From positions 4,198 to 68,197 of IMG/VR virus record IMGVR_UViG_3300009826_001423: a stretch of DNA of 64,000 nucleotides; one strand, 5' to 3'. The stretch comes from a virus. Positions within the stretch are counted from its first letter, which is position 1. Every line of letters begins with the position of its first letter. A program made the translations under genes and the position numbers. Shown here one piece after another: positions 48,978 to 58,535 of the stretch. The notes under the pieces were generated by a model. That model searched no databases. It saw nothing but the letters and a program-made list of their open reading frames with translations, and was not told the DNA's origin.

Positions 48978-50744
48978 TTAGAAAAGCAATCCAGCTTCAG
49001 AAACAAACTGGCTTCTTTGTGCCGCTTGAACTTTGCCATTCCAGCCAGTCATTGCATTTGGGCTGCTGATGTTCAAATACTCCCTCGCCCTTGTAATGGC
49101 TACATAGAAAAGTCGGCGTTCTTCTTCTAGGTCACCCCGGTTTGGGAATGTGCCTTGCGTTGCGCCAATTATGAATACCTCGTCAAATTCCAGTCCTTTG
49201 CTACCGTGTACTGTCATCAAATAGACCTTGCTTGCATCACGCTCTTTGTCCTGGCGTTCAGCCACATTTCCAAGCCGTACCCATTCAAGCAGAGCGGCAG
49301 GGGTTTCTGGTTCACCGAGGTCAATTTGACGTTGGTGCCATTTGGTTATTGCATACCTTGCCCCACGGTCATCTATTTTGAGGGTAGTTGCAATACGGTT
49401 TGCACCTTCCGATATGTTGGCATTGGCATGGAAGCGCTCACGCACAAAGTTAAACTGAGATATAAACTGCTCGGCTTCCTTGGTGACTTTCAAGGCATCC
49501 AAAAGTGGTATATTGTCTTGTACCTGAGTCCAATCAGCATCTAGGAGAGCCTTTTTACTTGCCCTTATATTTGCTATCCTACGCACTGCGGTATCATCCA
49601 ATGGGTTTTCTATAGCGGCAATCCACGCAATTAATTCTTTCGCACCCTTGCTTGAAAATGGATTGTCACTTGAAGAAGCCAGCGTTTCAAACTGGATGTT
49701 ATTAGCCGTTAGTAGCCCTTTGGCTCGTTCAAGTTGCTTATTAGTTCTGGCAAGTATGGCAGTTGTTTTGTATGAGCCAAGTTTTTGATTTGCTTCTAAT
49801 CGTGGCAAAATAGCTGTTATTTCAGCAACATCATCACCCGGTCTGCGGCACTCTATCTTTGCCCCTTCTTTCAAAGTGAGAAGTTGTTTTTCCGTTTGAT
49901 GGTTATGTTTTATGAGGGCATTAGCAGCGCACACTATAGGGGTGGATGAACGATAATTCCGCTCCAGCTTTACTGTGTGCCATTGGGTATTTTCGGCAAG
50001 TCCTAAAATTATGGTGATGTCGCTACCCCGGAAGCCGTAAATGCTTTGAAAATCATCACCGACTACAAATACATTGTCGGGGTTTATGCCCTGCACGATT
50101 GCCCATTGCTCGGCATCCGTGTCTTGGAATTCATCTACAAAGATGTGTTTGTATTTCTGTTGGAGATTCAAACGGATATCTTCACGGTTATAAACTGCCT
50201 TTTTTACCGTATTTATTAAGCCATCAAAATCAAATGCGTTGTTGCGCCGTAAGCGAAACTCATATTCTTTCAAGGCTCGTTCCGCTTGCTGGCGGTCTGA
50301 GGCGGTCATGTTGTCTACTCGACCGGCTCTGAAATCGGCTACTCGCTTGGCAGGTATTTTATATTTAAGGCTCGTTAATACTTCTGCCAGAAGTTCATCG
50401 CATTCTGGCTGGTCGTATACGCTGAAATTTGGCTCATACCCGAGTTCATGGGCAAAGGCTCGAATCGTATCGACACAAAAGGAATGGAAGGTGTTACAGA
50501 ACAACTCTTTGCCGTCAGCACCAATTAGGCCGATTACACGTTCTTTCATTTCTGCACCGGCCGCTCTAGTGAAGGTTAACGCAAGCATATTTGTTGGGCT
50601 GACACCCGCCTCATAGAGACGGGCAACACGCCGGGTTAATACTTGGGTTTTGCCTGTACCAGCACCAGCAAGGCATAATATTTGGGGCTGGTCACTGAAT
50701 ACGGCTTCGTGCTGTTCGGAGTTTAAGGATGAGTAGTCAGTCAT
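48978..50744 (-). CDS. UvrD/PcrA-family helicase
   Basis: AGAGTGKT, VDEFQD, GDDFQSIYGFRG, NYRS, TVHGSKGLEF and YVAITRAR motifs. Confidence 0.95.
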   Translation of the reverse strand: MTDYSSLNSEQHEAVFSDQPQILCLAGAGTGKTQVLTRRVARLYEAGVSPTNMLALTFTRAAGAEMKERVIGLIGADGKELFCNTFHSFCVDTIRAFAHELGYEPNFSVYDQPECDELLAEVLTSLKYKIPAKRVADFRAGRVDNMTASDRQQAERALKEYEFRLRRNNAFDFDGLINTVKKAVYNREDIRLNLQQKYKHIFVDEFQDTDAEQWAIVQGINPDNVFVVGDDFQSIYGFRGSDITIILGLAENTQWHTVKLERNYRSSTPIVCAANALIKHNHQTEKQLLTLKEGAKIECRRPGDDVAEITAILPRLEANQKLGSYKTTAILARTNKQLERAKGLLTANNIQFETLASSSDNPFSSKGAKELIAWIAAIENPLDDTAVRRIANIRASKKALLDADWTQVQDNIPLLDALKVTKEAEQFISQFNFVRERFHANANISEGANRIATTLKIDDRGARYAITKWHQRQIDLGEPETPAALLEWVRLGNVAERQDKERDASKVYLMTVHGSKGLEFDEVFIIGATQGTFPNRGDLEEERRLFYVAITRAREYLNISSPNAMTGWNGKVQAAQRSQFVSEAGLLF

Positions 50745-51189
50745 TTTGCACCTCCAGTAGCTTGGAATCGTCATGAATATTGCCGATGACTTCAAAGGAA
50801 TACTTTATGCCGTGTACGTTACTCTTGCCGTAAAAATTCATGGGGCAATCAAATTCCTTGTTCCATAAACAAAATTTCAAATGAGACTCGGCATATCGAA
50901 CAACACCAACTTCTGAAAACTCCGTACTTTTGTTTGTGCGCCGAACAATATCACCCTCAAATATCAAATTCCCATTAGTATCATTTAATCCGATACATTG
51001 TCCGATTGTAGCGGGGTCAATGTCATCATAAGTTATGCGTGAAGGGTTAGCCGTATAGTCCGCTATAGACCAGCCACTCCGACTAGGCACTTTAGGAGTT
51101 TCTATCAAATGCCCGATTACCCACCCATCACCATAAGGCACTTTACTCATTCCATGCCTTTTCCCACGAAATAAATATCTGTCGTTCAT
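50737..51189 (-). CDS. YopX family protein
   Basis: YLFRGKR...TIGQCIGLND...FEGDI...IGNIHD. Confidence 0.88.
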   Translation of the reverse strand: MNDRYLFRGKRHGMSKVPYGDGWVIGHLIETPKVPSRSGWSIADYTANPSRITYDDIDPATIGQCIGLNDTNGNLIFEGDIVRRTNKSTEFSEVGVVRYAESHLKFCLWNKEFDCPMNFYGKSNVHGIKYSFEVIGNIHDDSKLLEVQND

Positions 51190-51554
51190 TCCGCCTCCTC
51201 CAGCAGTTCTGGGTTATCGTGGATGTTTCCAATAACCTCGACATAAGAAGTGTTTTCGAGCGGCCATACGGTTTTTTCAGACTTGCACCACATGTTTTTG
51301 TGCCATATGACCTCATAAATACCCCTTCTGCTTGCGGCGTTTTGGATAATATCTCCTTCGAAAATAAGCCTGTCGTTTTTGTCCTTCATACCAGTGCTTT
51401 GTCCGATGGTGACAGGGTCTACTTCATACCGTGAATCTCCACATAAAATGTAGCCATTTACATGAGGTTGGGCAGAGTCAAGACCGCAGTAATAACCTTG
51501 CACCCATCCCTCATCACTCCATCGAATTCCTCGGAATAAATACCGCTCGGTCAT
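51186..51554 (-). CDS. YopX family protein
   Basis: MTERYLFRG...TIGQSTGMKDKN...FEGDI...GNIHDNPELL. Confidence 0.88.
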   Translation of the reverse strand: MTERYLFRGIRWSDEGWVQGYYCGLDSAQPHVNGYILCGDSRYEVDPVTIGQSTGMKDKNDRLIFEGDIIQNAASRRGIYEVIWHKNMWCKSEKTVWPLENTSYVEVIGNIHDNPELLEEAE

Positions 51555-53686
51555 GCTGCACCCCCATCCAAATTCCAAACATGCCAGTCGCTTCCAATAC
51601 AAAGAGCGTCCACGGAATCAATACCCATCACTCCGCTAAGGATGATGTTATCGAAGGATGCCCCTGCAACTTCTAAACCCTTAAGCACTCGGTGTAAATT
51701 ATCACTGTCCAAGGCTTCCATATTGTCTATAGCCAGCACTTTAAGCGGAGGGTTTAGCCGTTCCACGATGGTTGTCATAAAGGCAATAAGCAGAATCATC
51801 TGCTCACCTGTGGAAAGCGCATCAAAGTTACGGCGTTCTTCACGGTCATAATCCACATAACCGAACTGGAACACTTCCTTGCCTTTCTCGTCCTCGGTTT
51901 GAATATAGAAGATTCGTTCAACGCCCATTGCTCTTAACTTGCTATTTACAGATTCCTTCAGCGGTGCAATAGTGTCTTTGACAAATTCGCCTTGAAGTCC
52001 TTTGGGGCCGACAGCTTCGGTGATGCGCTTCCAAGCCTCGGTATGATAGCCAGCAATTGTGCCGTCAACCATGCTTGATTTAAGGTTGGCTAGGGCATTA
52101 CGAACCTTGGTTTGTTCGTCAATGGTGATTTTTAAGGCTTTTATCTCGGTTTCAAGTTCCCCTATGCGTTTTTCCAATGCTTGTGTTGGCAACAGTGACC
52201 ACTCCTCACCATCGGAAGGAAGCAGAGTTTGTAATTCTTCTTTTTGCGAAGCCAGCCACGCTGCCATTACACTGTCATCGTTTTCGGGCTTTTTTAAATC
52301 AGCTTCATACCCACGGATTGTCTGCATAACGTCCTCGTTTGAGCGGAGGGCTTTTATTTCCTCTTGCCGGAGCATATCAATCTTGGCTTGAGTTTCCTGT
52401 AAGGCACGTTTTTCATTTTCTAGGTTTGCGTTATTTGCAATGTCTTTTTCGCTTATGCCTCTCAAGTCGGCAGCGTAGCGTTGTACTTCGTGACCAAGTT
52501 CCATAATAAATTCTCTGAAATCGTAACCACACTGTATGCGTTCATTCAATGGACATGTTCCACTGTGATTTTTTAGACTGTTGACAAGTTTTTCACTTGC
52601 ATCCTTTTGTGATTTTATGGGTTGATGTTGTTCGAGTAGAGTAATCCTCAAATTTTCAAAGGAAGCAATATTTTTGTTGATGCCTTCTAAACGCTTTGTT
52701 TCTTGGGATATTAGCGCACTATTATCCACCTGTACCAGTTCGCCTTTGTACTGGGCGATTAGTTCATTGATGGCAGCAGCATTCTTAGTCGTATCGCTTG
52801 TTTCGGCTTCAGCTATGGCTTTCTTCCGAGAAGTGATTCGTTGGTTATTTAGTTCACGTTGTTTATTTTCGCTTTTCACCCGTGTAAGTTCGTTGGAAGC
52901 CGTGAGCCGTTCTTCATTCAGCACTTCTTGTTTTGCACGGTTTGCGTCCAAATTACGGTCGGTCTGCTCTAAATCGTTTTTATATTCTGCGATTTTTTGA
53001 GAAGCCCCCTCGGACTTATCACGTTCTTTCTTCCAATGGGTTAGCTGGTTCTTAGCGAAATCCAACATGAATGCTAAAAATTCTTGATAAGATACGGCTT
53101 CACTTGCTTTCCAATTTTTCTGTGCCACTTTAACGCATTCATCAATATCAGCATAAAGCGTTTCTACCTCTTGAGGGTCTGCGTCATCAGTTAATGCCGC
53201 CATAGCACGAATGGCATCACGAATGATGTCTGGGCTATAAGTTCCACCATCGTTGACGATTGAGAATATAAATTCCCTCCGCTTCATGTCAGATAGCCCA
53301 AGAAACTCACTAAAGTCCAACATTACAGGGATTTTGCCGAGTTCTTTCTCAATTCGCTGTTCTTTCTGTGCAGCGGTTTTTTCATCGCCTTTGGGGGCAA
53401 TGGTGACCGTCTGTGTAACAGTGCTGTCCTTGCGTGTGAATTTGCGGCTTACGCTGGTCGTGTTGTCTGTTTCTATTCCGACCTCCATCGTGTTGCCGCT
53501 TGCAAGTTTCATTGTTTCAGCAGATTGCTTGCCATTGCCGGGTATATAACCCAGCATTGCAAGAGCCAGTGATTGGGTACGTGTAGTTTTTCCTGCACCA
53601 TTCGAGCCGATGATGATATCGCGCCCGGTTAGGGTTTGTGTGGCATCTGCACCTTTAATACCCTTCATTGTGATTTGTGTAATCAC
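51551..53686 (-). CDS. SMC/SbcC(Rad50)-like coiled-coil ATPase
   Basis: GSNGAGKT, long coiled coil with a CPLN zinc-hook-like motif, LSTGEQ signature, AIDNMEALD; GTG start with RBS AAAGGAG. Confidence 0.88.
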   Translation of the reverse strand: MITQITMKGIKGADATQTLTGRDIIIGSNGAGKTTRTQSLALAMLGYIPGNGKQSAETMKLASGNTMEVGIETDNTTSVSRKFTRKDSTVTQTVTIAPKGDEKTAAQKEQRIEKELGKIPVMLDFSEFLGLSDMKRREFIFSIVNDGGTYSPDIIRDAIRAMAALTDDADPQEVETLYADIDECVKVAQKNWKASEAVSYQEFLAFMLDFAKNQLTHWKKERDKSEGASQKIAEYKNDLEQTDRNLDANRAKQEVLNEERLTASNELTRVKSENKQRELNNQRITSRKKAIAEAETSDTTKNAAAINELIAQYKGELVQVDNSALISQETKRLEGINKNIASFENLRITLLEQHQPIKSQKDASEKLVNSLKNHSGTCPLNERIQCGYDFREFIMELGHEVQRYAADLRGISEKDIANNANLENEKRALQETQAKIDMLRQEEIKALRSNEDVMQTIRGYEADLKKPENDDSVMAAWLASQKEELQTLLPSDGEEWSLLPTQALEKRIGELETEIKALKITIDEQTKVRNALANLKSSMVDGTIAGYHTEAWKRITEAVGPKGLQGEFVKDTIAPLKESVNSKLRAMGVERIFYIQTEDEKGKEVFQFGYVDYDREERRNFDALSTGEQMILLIAFMTTIVERLNPPLKVLAIDNMEALDSDNLHRVLKGLEVAGASFDNIILSGVMGIDSVDALCIGSDWHVWNLDGGAA

Positions 53687-53737
53687 GGTTTTTCTCCTTT
53701 CGGTGATGGAGTTTGCCTGTCTATCCAAGCTGTCAAA

Positions 53738-53805
53738 AGGCGTAGCAGGATTCGAACCTGCACTCTCCACGCAACCATGTAAGCGATTAACCCTACACTC
53801 TACCC
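53738..53805 (-). other. tRNA-like fragment (intact T-arm, non-canonical remainder)
   Basis: GCAGG-TTCGAAT-CCTGC; acceptor and D/anticodon arms are imperfect. Confidence 0.3.
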
Positions 53806-53867
53806 GTGGTGACTATCCGTAACGGTTATCAGCCGCTTTAATCGACACGCCATATACTAAACGTAGA

Positions 53868-54761
53868 TTACTGTGCTTTTTTTGCCTCTACTTGGCACTT
53901 TCGACATAGGCCACGACCATAATTCTTGCTTGAAAAGCCCTGCTCGGCCTGAGTTATTGTTGAACTACAGTCTGCACATACCAAAGGCTCTCCGCTTCCT
54001 GTTGGTGGCGGAGTGTATCCATCTACAGTTGAACCCTTTTTAGCGTCAATAATCCGACTTGCTTCAGAGCGATATATATCCTCATAAGAACTAATATCAC
54101 GTCCGCAAATGCCAGATAACTCAGCCATTGCGTCTGCTTCCGGCATACTTGCGAAAAATGTTTTTATGAAGCTGATTTGTTTTGACGATGGTTTTTCATA
54201 TTGGCCGGTTGCGGCTCCAAAGTCCTCCATATCCTGTGTGAACATACGGCTTGCACCAGTAGCTTTTAACACAGCATCCACAAAAGCCCGTTTATTTGCC
54301 ATTTTGATTAAAGTGTTCTGCAAGTCTGCTGGGTCTGGATTTTCAATTTGAATTTCCTTACCTTTGTCATCTTTAGCTTTGCGGTATCGGTGCTTTTTTT
54401 CATGATTGTTAGATGCGCCGACTCCGTATGCAATCTGCACACCGCTCTCAATGTGAATCAAGGGCATACCTATGGTGTAACTGAAAACACCTTTATCCCA
54501 ATCCTCGCTCTTATCCAACACATCAGCCTTACCTTGTGCCAATTTAAATACTTTGCAGAGAAGTTCTGCACCGGGCTTTAATAAGGTAGGCTTATCTGTT
54601 CCGGGTATTCGGTCAAAGTCCTTGCCCAGTTCAAGCAAATCTTCAAATAATTGTGTAAGTGCATTTCGCACTTGGATGGCTTCATTAATCTGAGCCTGCA
54701 TGTTGCGTGGCATTATGCTGTAACTGCTTTCAGCTACTGCGTTTTGATTGTCATAGCCCAT
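53868..54761 (-). CDS. Conserved phage protein, possibly a recombination/annealing protein, with C-terminal Zn ribbon
   Basis: IPGTDKPTLLKPGAE, KMANKRAFVDAV and CADC...CRKC motifs; function inferred from position only. Confidence 0.5.
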   Translation of the reverse strand: MGYDNQNAVAESSYSIMPRNMQAQINEAIQVRNALTQLFEDLLELGKDFDRIPGTDKPTLLKPGAELLCKVFKLAQGKADVLDKSEDWDKGVFSYTIGMPLIHIESGVQIAYGVGASNNHEKKHRYRKAKDDKGKEIQIENPDPADLQNTLIKMANKRAFVDAVLKATGASRMFTQDMEDFGAATGQYEKPSSKQISFIKTFFASMPEADAMAELSGICGRDISSYEDIYRSEASRIIDAKKGSTVDGYTPPPTGSGEPLVCADCSSTITQAEQGFSSKNYGRGLCRKCQVEAKKAQ

Positions 54762-54927
54762 ACCTTTCTCCTTTCAAACATTGGTTGTGTTTGCAGTTAA
54801 ACGCTTGCTGTGATAAACTTTATTTGCGGATAATCTCGGTAGATGATGACTGTAGATTAAACCGCTTCGGTGATGGAATGCCCCTTTCGAGGGGCGTTTC
54901 TAATTGTGGTGGTGAGCCACTGATGCA

Positions 54928-55359
54928 TTACGCTTCTTGGCTACTATGTTTTTTTCCTTCTACAAGAAATGCATTTGACCAGAAGCCTTTAGTACCTTTT
55001 TTTGTTTCCTTGGCAATTAACATTTCCGCACTATAGTTGTCAAAATTGCCTAACTGCGTGATTTTGCGCATTCTGTGCCTTAAAATATGTTCAACGACTT
55101 CATCTATAGCAGAAATTGGGTAATAATACCGAGTAAATGTATCCTTGACCGTCCTTGGGGCTTCAATATCACTCCCTATATTGAACATATAGGAAAGGTG
55201 CTTTTTGCCCGTGTGGTCTGAGATACGGATACTGTTTGCCAAGCCATAATCAAACTTTAGATAGATGGAGGCAGTGCTGTAGGCGTTATAGCGTTGTAAA
55301 ACTACTCCGGCCGCCAGAAGTCTTTTTTCGATTTCTGCAGCAACGTCCTTAATCTTCAA
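54928..55359 (-). CDS. Hypothetical protein
   Basis: SIYLKFDYG...IRISDH.GK. Confidence 0.6.
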   Translation of the reverse strand: MKIKDVAAEIEKRLLAAGVVLQRYNAYSTASIYLKFDYGLANSIRISDHTGKKHLSYMFNIGSDIEAPRTVKDTFTRYYYPISAIDEVVEHILRHRMRKITQLGNFDNYSAEMLIAKETKKGTKGFWSNAFLVEGKKHSSQEA

Positions 55360-55396
55360 TGTAAATCACCTCGCAATACAGGCTGGCATGAGGCGG

Positions 55397-55747
55397 TTAT
55401 TTGAGATTGGACAATGGGCTTATAAGTTCAGCTATTTCATCTTCAGTCAATGGAGAAATGTCTCTGCCCTCGTCCAACTCAACCTCTTTAACAATAACGA
55501 TGTCACCAACGATGGGGGAGTTGTTCCCTTGGTTTTCAAAGTTGTAAAGTTCGCTGCCGATTCTATTTAGGGGCTTCTGTTTCAATACGCCCTCTTCATC
55601 CACAATCATGCAATATGGGTGGTGCAGTCCTTTTGGACGCACAATCTCAATGTACCCGCCGACTACCTCTTGAAGGCTTTTGTACAGGGGTTCATTGAGG
55701 TCTATGATGTCAATCGTGTTGCATGTGGTAATTTTAATGCCTTTCAT
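55397..55747 (-). CDS. DUF3846-like protein
   Basis: LQEVVGGYIEIV...VDEEG...LN...IVGDIV. Confidence 0.75.
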   Translation of the reverse strand: MKGIKITTCNTIDIIDLNEPLYKSLQEVVGGYIEIVRPKGLHHPYCMIVDEEGVLKQKPLNRIGSELYNFENQGNNSPIVGDIVIVKEVELDEGRDISPLTEDEIAELISPLSNLK

Positions 55748-55856
55748 GGCTACCTCCTTGCGATTCCTTGCGCCCTCTGTTAAAATAAAGACAGAGGTCA
55801 CCGTTTGTGTCTAAGCCGCTTCTCTCATTCCCCAATGACGGCGGCTTTTTTGTTGC

Positions 55857-56303
55857 TTACTTTCCGACTTCTGACAACCACTTTTGAATGTCCTCCTCTC
55901 TAATCGTGCCGCCTTCCATCGGCATATGGGCTATGAAATCCCACTTGAAACGCTGGTATAGTCCGTTCTCTTGTGCGGCCTCATGTCCAATCATGGCCGA
56001 CAAAATATTGAGAGCCAGTTCAGCCGGTCCACTGCCGCCATACCCCCATTCAAAACCATTGGGGCTATGCCTTTCTACTGCATGAGGTATGTTTGCTGTA
56101 GCGTTGCCACTGGAATCTCGTTCAAGAATTACATCAAAGACACCAATGCCTTTGTTTGAATGCGAAGGTTCAGTCGTTTCTTTTTCGTTGGCGGTACTTT
56201 CCGGGTTAATGCCCAAATAACCGGCACATACCCTACCGATACGCATTCCCACCCAAGGTTCATTCTTTAATATCCGACCGCACCGATTGCATCTTGATAC
56301 CAC
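55857..56303 (-). CDS. Zn-finger-containing hypothetical protein
   Basis: CNRCGRIL...GRVCA; HSPNGFEWGYGGSGPAELA. Confidence 0.65.
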   Translation of the reverse strand: MVSRCNRCGRILKNEPWVGMRIGRVCAGYLGINPESTANEKETTEPSHSNKGIGVFDVILERDSSGNATANIPHAVERHSPNGFEWGYGGSGPAELALNILSAMIGHEAAQENGLYQRFKWDFIAHMPMEGGTIREEDIQKWLSEVGK

Positions 56304-56329
56304 TGTGATTCCTCCTACCGTGCGCTACA

Positions 56330-57223
56330 TTACTCCTGTACACCACATATTTGCTTTGCTACTCGCATTGCCTCTGGAGTGCGCAACCTTTGCCAAACTC
56401 CTATGCTTCGCGCCCACTTGAATCCACGGCTTTTTAACTTAGAGCGAATTTCTTCGCTCGGCTTTTCGTCAAAATTTATTTGAACTCTGCCGTCTGCTTC
56501 GTTGTCGATAATTACGCCGCCATCAAATGCAATGTCATCGGCAGCACCACGAACTTGAAGGTCTTGTAATTTTAGAAGCCGGATTTTTAGCCGTTTTATT
56601 TCAGCATTGTTATTGGTAAGTTTATAAGCTGGGTAAGGTGCTTGGTGGAATGAGTATCCACTTTTTATTCCACTATCCCAATGCTCCGCTGCGCTATCAC
56701 TCAGACCGCTAAAACCCTTCATGGTTTTATTTTTGCGATAATAAGCATTGGCCTTTTTCATAGCGATATGCTCCGATGATAGTTTTTCAATTTTTTCTTT
56801 GAGTTTTTCTATGGCATTGGGGTCATCTGACATTATGCCGCCGGTTCCTATGCTGTGGATTTTGTCCAAAAGTCCTTGAATTTTTGTCCACTCTTCCATG
56901 TTCTTGTCTCTGGCGGCGTTCTGCTTTTCCTTTTTTCGAGTAGGGAAATTTGAACCTCCGGCAATCATTATGGAAGGAACACGGGCATCTATTTCGTAAC
57001 CTTTGTTCAAGTTAGCGGCCATCTTCCGGCAATAAGTATCCAGCAGGGAATCTATTTTTTCATGGTACATAGAATCGACACTGCTTTTTTGTGCCTCTGC
57101 AATCTCTGTTGCTTTGGCTACTATCCGTTGATATTCAGCCGTTGCACTTCCTTCCTTATAATCATTAAAGCTATTTGCTTCTTTGGCTCTCCGTGCGGCG
57201 GCTTCGCTTATCTCATACGGCAT
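56330..57223 (-). CDS. Conserved mobile-element hypothetical protein
   Basis: PSIMIAGGSNFP; NNAEIKRL...; FDEKP...LKSRGFKW. Confidence 0.65.
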   Translation of the reverse strand: MPYEISEAAARRAKEANSFNDYKEGSATAEYQRIVAKATEIAEAQKSSVDSMYHEKIDSLLDTYCRKMAANLNKGYEIDARVPSIMIAGGSNFPTRKKEKQNAARDKNMEEWTKIQGLLDKIHSIGTGGIMSDDPNAIEKLKEKIEKLSSEHIAMKKANAYYRKNKTMKGFSGLSDSAAEHWDSGIKSGYSFHQAPYPAYKLTNNNAEIKRLKIRLLKLQDLQVRGAADDIAFDGGVIIDNEADGRVQINFDEKPSEEIRSKLKSRGFKWARSIGVWQRLRTPEAMRVAKQICGVQE

Positions 57224-57248
57224 GACATTTTCATCTCCATTCCATTCT

Positions 57249-57464
57249 TCAGTGAAGGGCTTCCTGCTCCCTATTCCATACCTTTAGTTGCCGAAGGAGC
57301 ACACTTGCTAAATGCGTCATTTCAATTTGGGTAAGCAGAACCGACTGCCCATTTCTTGCCAGGGTTACTTCTGCCGTACGCTCCTTATCGTTAGGCTCGA
57401 AGAATAAAACATAAGGGTTTTCAGCTTCTTGCCCCAAGCTGGGGGTTTCTTCTGTTTGACTCAT
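57249..57464 (-). CDS. Hypothetical protein
   Basis: RBS GGAGG; within the operon. Confidence 0.5.
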   Translation of the reverse strand: MSQTEETPSLGQEAENPYVLFFEPNDKERTAEVTLARNGQSVLLTQIEMTHLASVLLRQLKVWNREQEALH

Positions 57465-57478
57465 AAAGCTATGCCCTC

Positions 57479-57712
57479 CTATTTTTTGTAATTAGGGCAA
57501 CTCGCCCAGTGCGGCACATATCCGTGACCATCTTCTTTGCCGTCACCTTTGTACTCGCAAGAGAACACCTCACCTTGGGCAGTAACTATTCTTTTACTGC
57601 CCTTTGGCTTCAGCCAGTATGGGCGAGAATCTCCATCAACCGGCATTTTCTTACCATTGGTGGTTGTTAGCCATCGGATAGGCGCATTACAGAACTTGCA
57701 TTTTACAATCAA
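57479..57712 (-). CDS. Small Zn-binding protein
   Basis: CKFC...GKKMPVD...PHWASCP. Confidence 0.7.
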   Translation of the reverse strand: MIVKCKFCNAPIRWLTTTNGKKMPVDGDSRPYWLKPKGSKRIVTAQGEVFSCEYKGDGKEDGHGYVPHWASCPNYKK

Positions 57713-57775
57713 TGTTGCTCTCCTTTCTTCCCCTCATCTACCCATGGTATAATTTGAGAGAAAGGGGGTGATATT

Positions 57776-58045
57776 GTGGCTGATTTACCCATATCGGGAG
57801 ACCAATATTTTGCTGACTTCGCATTTGACCAGCGATGTTACGATGTCGAGCGAAATGGCAAGATCGTGGTAGCGTTAAATGGGTTACCCAATGAAGAAGA
57901 TGGAGAAACTTACATCCATTTTCCTTTGGGTAGCGATATAACAATTGGTGATGTACTGCACTCAGACGGCGAATCTTTGACAGTTACGAAAATTGACACC
58001 GACTGTTATAACGAAGAACCAGAACTTATCAAGGCATATTTTTGA
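57776..58045 (+). CDS. Antisense-oriented hypothetical protein with its own promoter
   Basis: TGGTATAAT (57745..57753) and RBS AAAGGGGGTG upstream. Confidence 0.65.
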   Translation: MADLPISGDQYFADFAFDQRCYDVERNGKIVVALNGLPNEEDGETYIHFPLGSDITIGDVLHSDGESLTVTKIDTDCYNEEPELIKAYF

Positions 58046-58292
58046 GTTCTGTGCCTGCTTCAAGATAAAATTTACGGCTCAGTTCTGCCCATTTGCTTAA
58101 AATTTCCTCGACATCATCAGCGTTATAGCTTCTTAGCGTTGCACATATTTCAAAAGTCATTATTGTGCCGCCAGTAAAAGTTGTATTGTAATTACGCTTT
58201 GCAACTACAGCCCCTTCGGGGGCTTTTTCTGTTGCCTCACCCATTTGTGCCACCATCTTTATCCGCTGGAATTTGATACTGTGGCTCCACAT
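58029..58292 (-). CDS. Hypothetical protein
   Basis: ORF in the operon; start uncertain. Confidence 0.4.
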   Translation of the reverse strand: MWSHSIKFQRIKMVAQMGEATEKAPEGAVVAKRNYNTTFTGGTIMTFEICATLRSYNADDVEEILSKWAELSRKFYLEAGTELKNMP

Positions 58293-58521
58293 CAGCGTTT
58301 TCGCCTTGGCTTAAAATTAGGGCAAGGCTTGTTTTGACCTCTTCAATTACAGATGTGGCGGCTACTGAGGTCTCAAATTTTCCGTAAGGTACGCCGTTTA
58401 CATATATTCCGTACTCGCTTACGCCTCCTTCTGAAAACGAGGGCGTAGGTATCACCTGCATAATACTGTTTACCCCTAAAACCCCTGTTGATAGCCCATC
58501 TTGGCTAGTTAAAATAAACAT
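58237..58521 (-). CDS. Hypothetical protein
   Basis: RBS AAGGAGG. Confidence 0.55.
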   Translation of the reverse strand: MFILTSQDGLSTGVLGVNSIMQVIPTPSFSEGGVSEYGIYVNGVPYGKFETSVAATSVIEEVKTSLALILSQGENADVEPQYQIPADKDGGTNG

Positions 58522-58535
58522 GTGATTTCCTCCTT

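Noticed and set aside
48978-53686. Gabija or Wadjet defence system (ATPase plus UvrD, or SMC)
   Set aside because: No TOPRIM/OLD nuclease domain and no kleisin or KITE genes; the genes sit in the core early operon
53687-53770. N-terminal extension of the SMC-like ORF (MESAGSNP...)
   Set aside because: It runs through the tRNA-like element; the GTG at 53686 has a strong RBS
58488-58515. Fifth antisense promoter (TTGATA-16-TAAAAT)
   Set aside because: The spacer is short, it lies inside a CDS, and no downstream terminator was found
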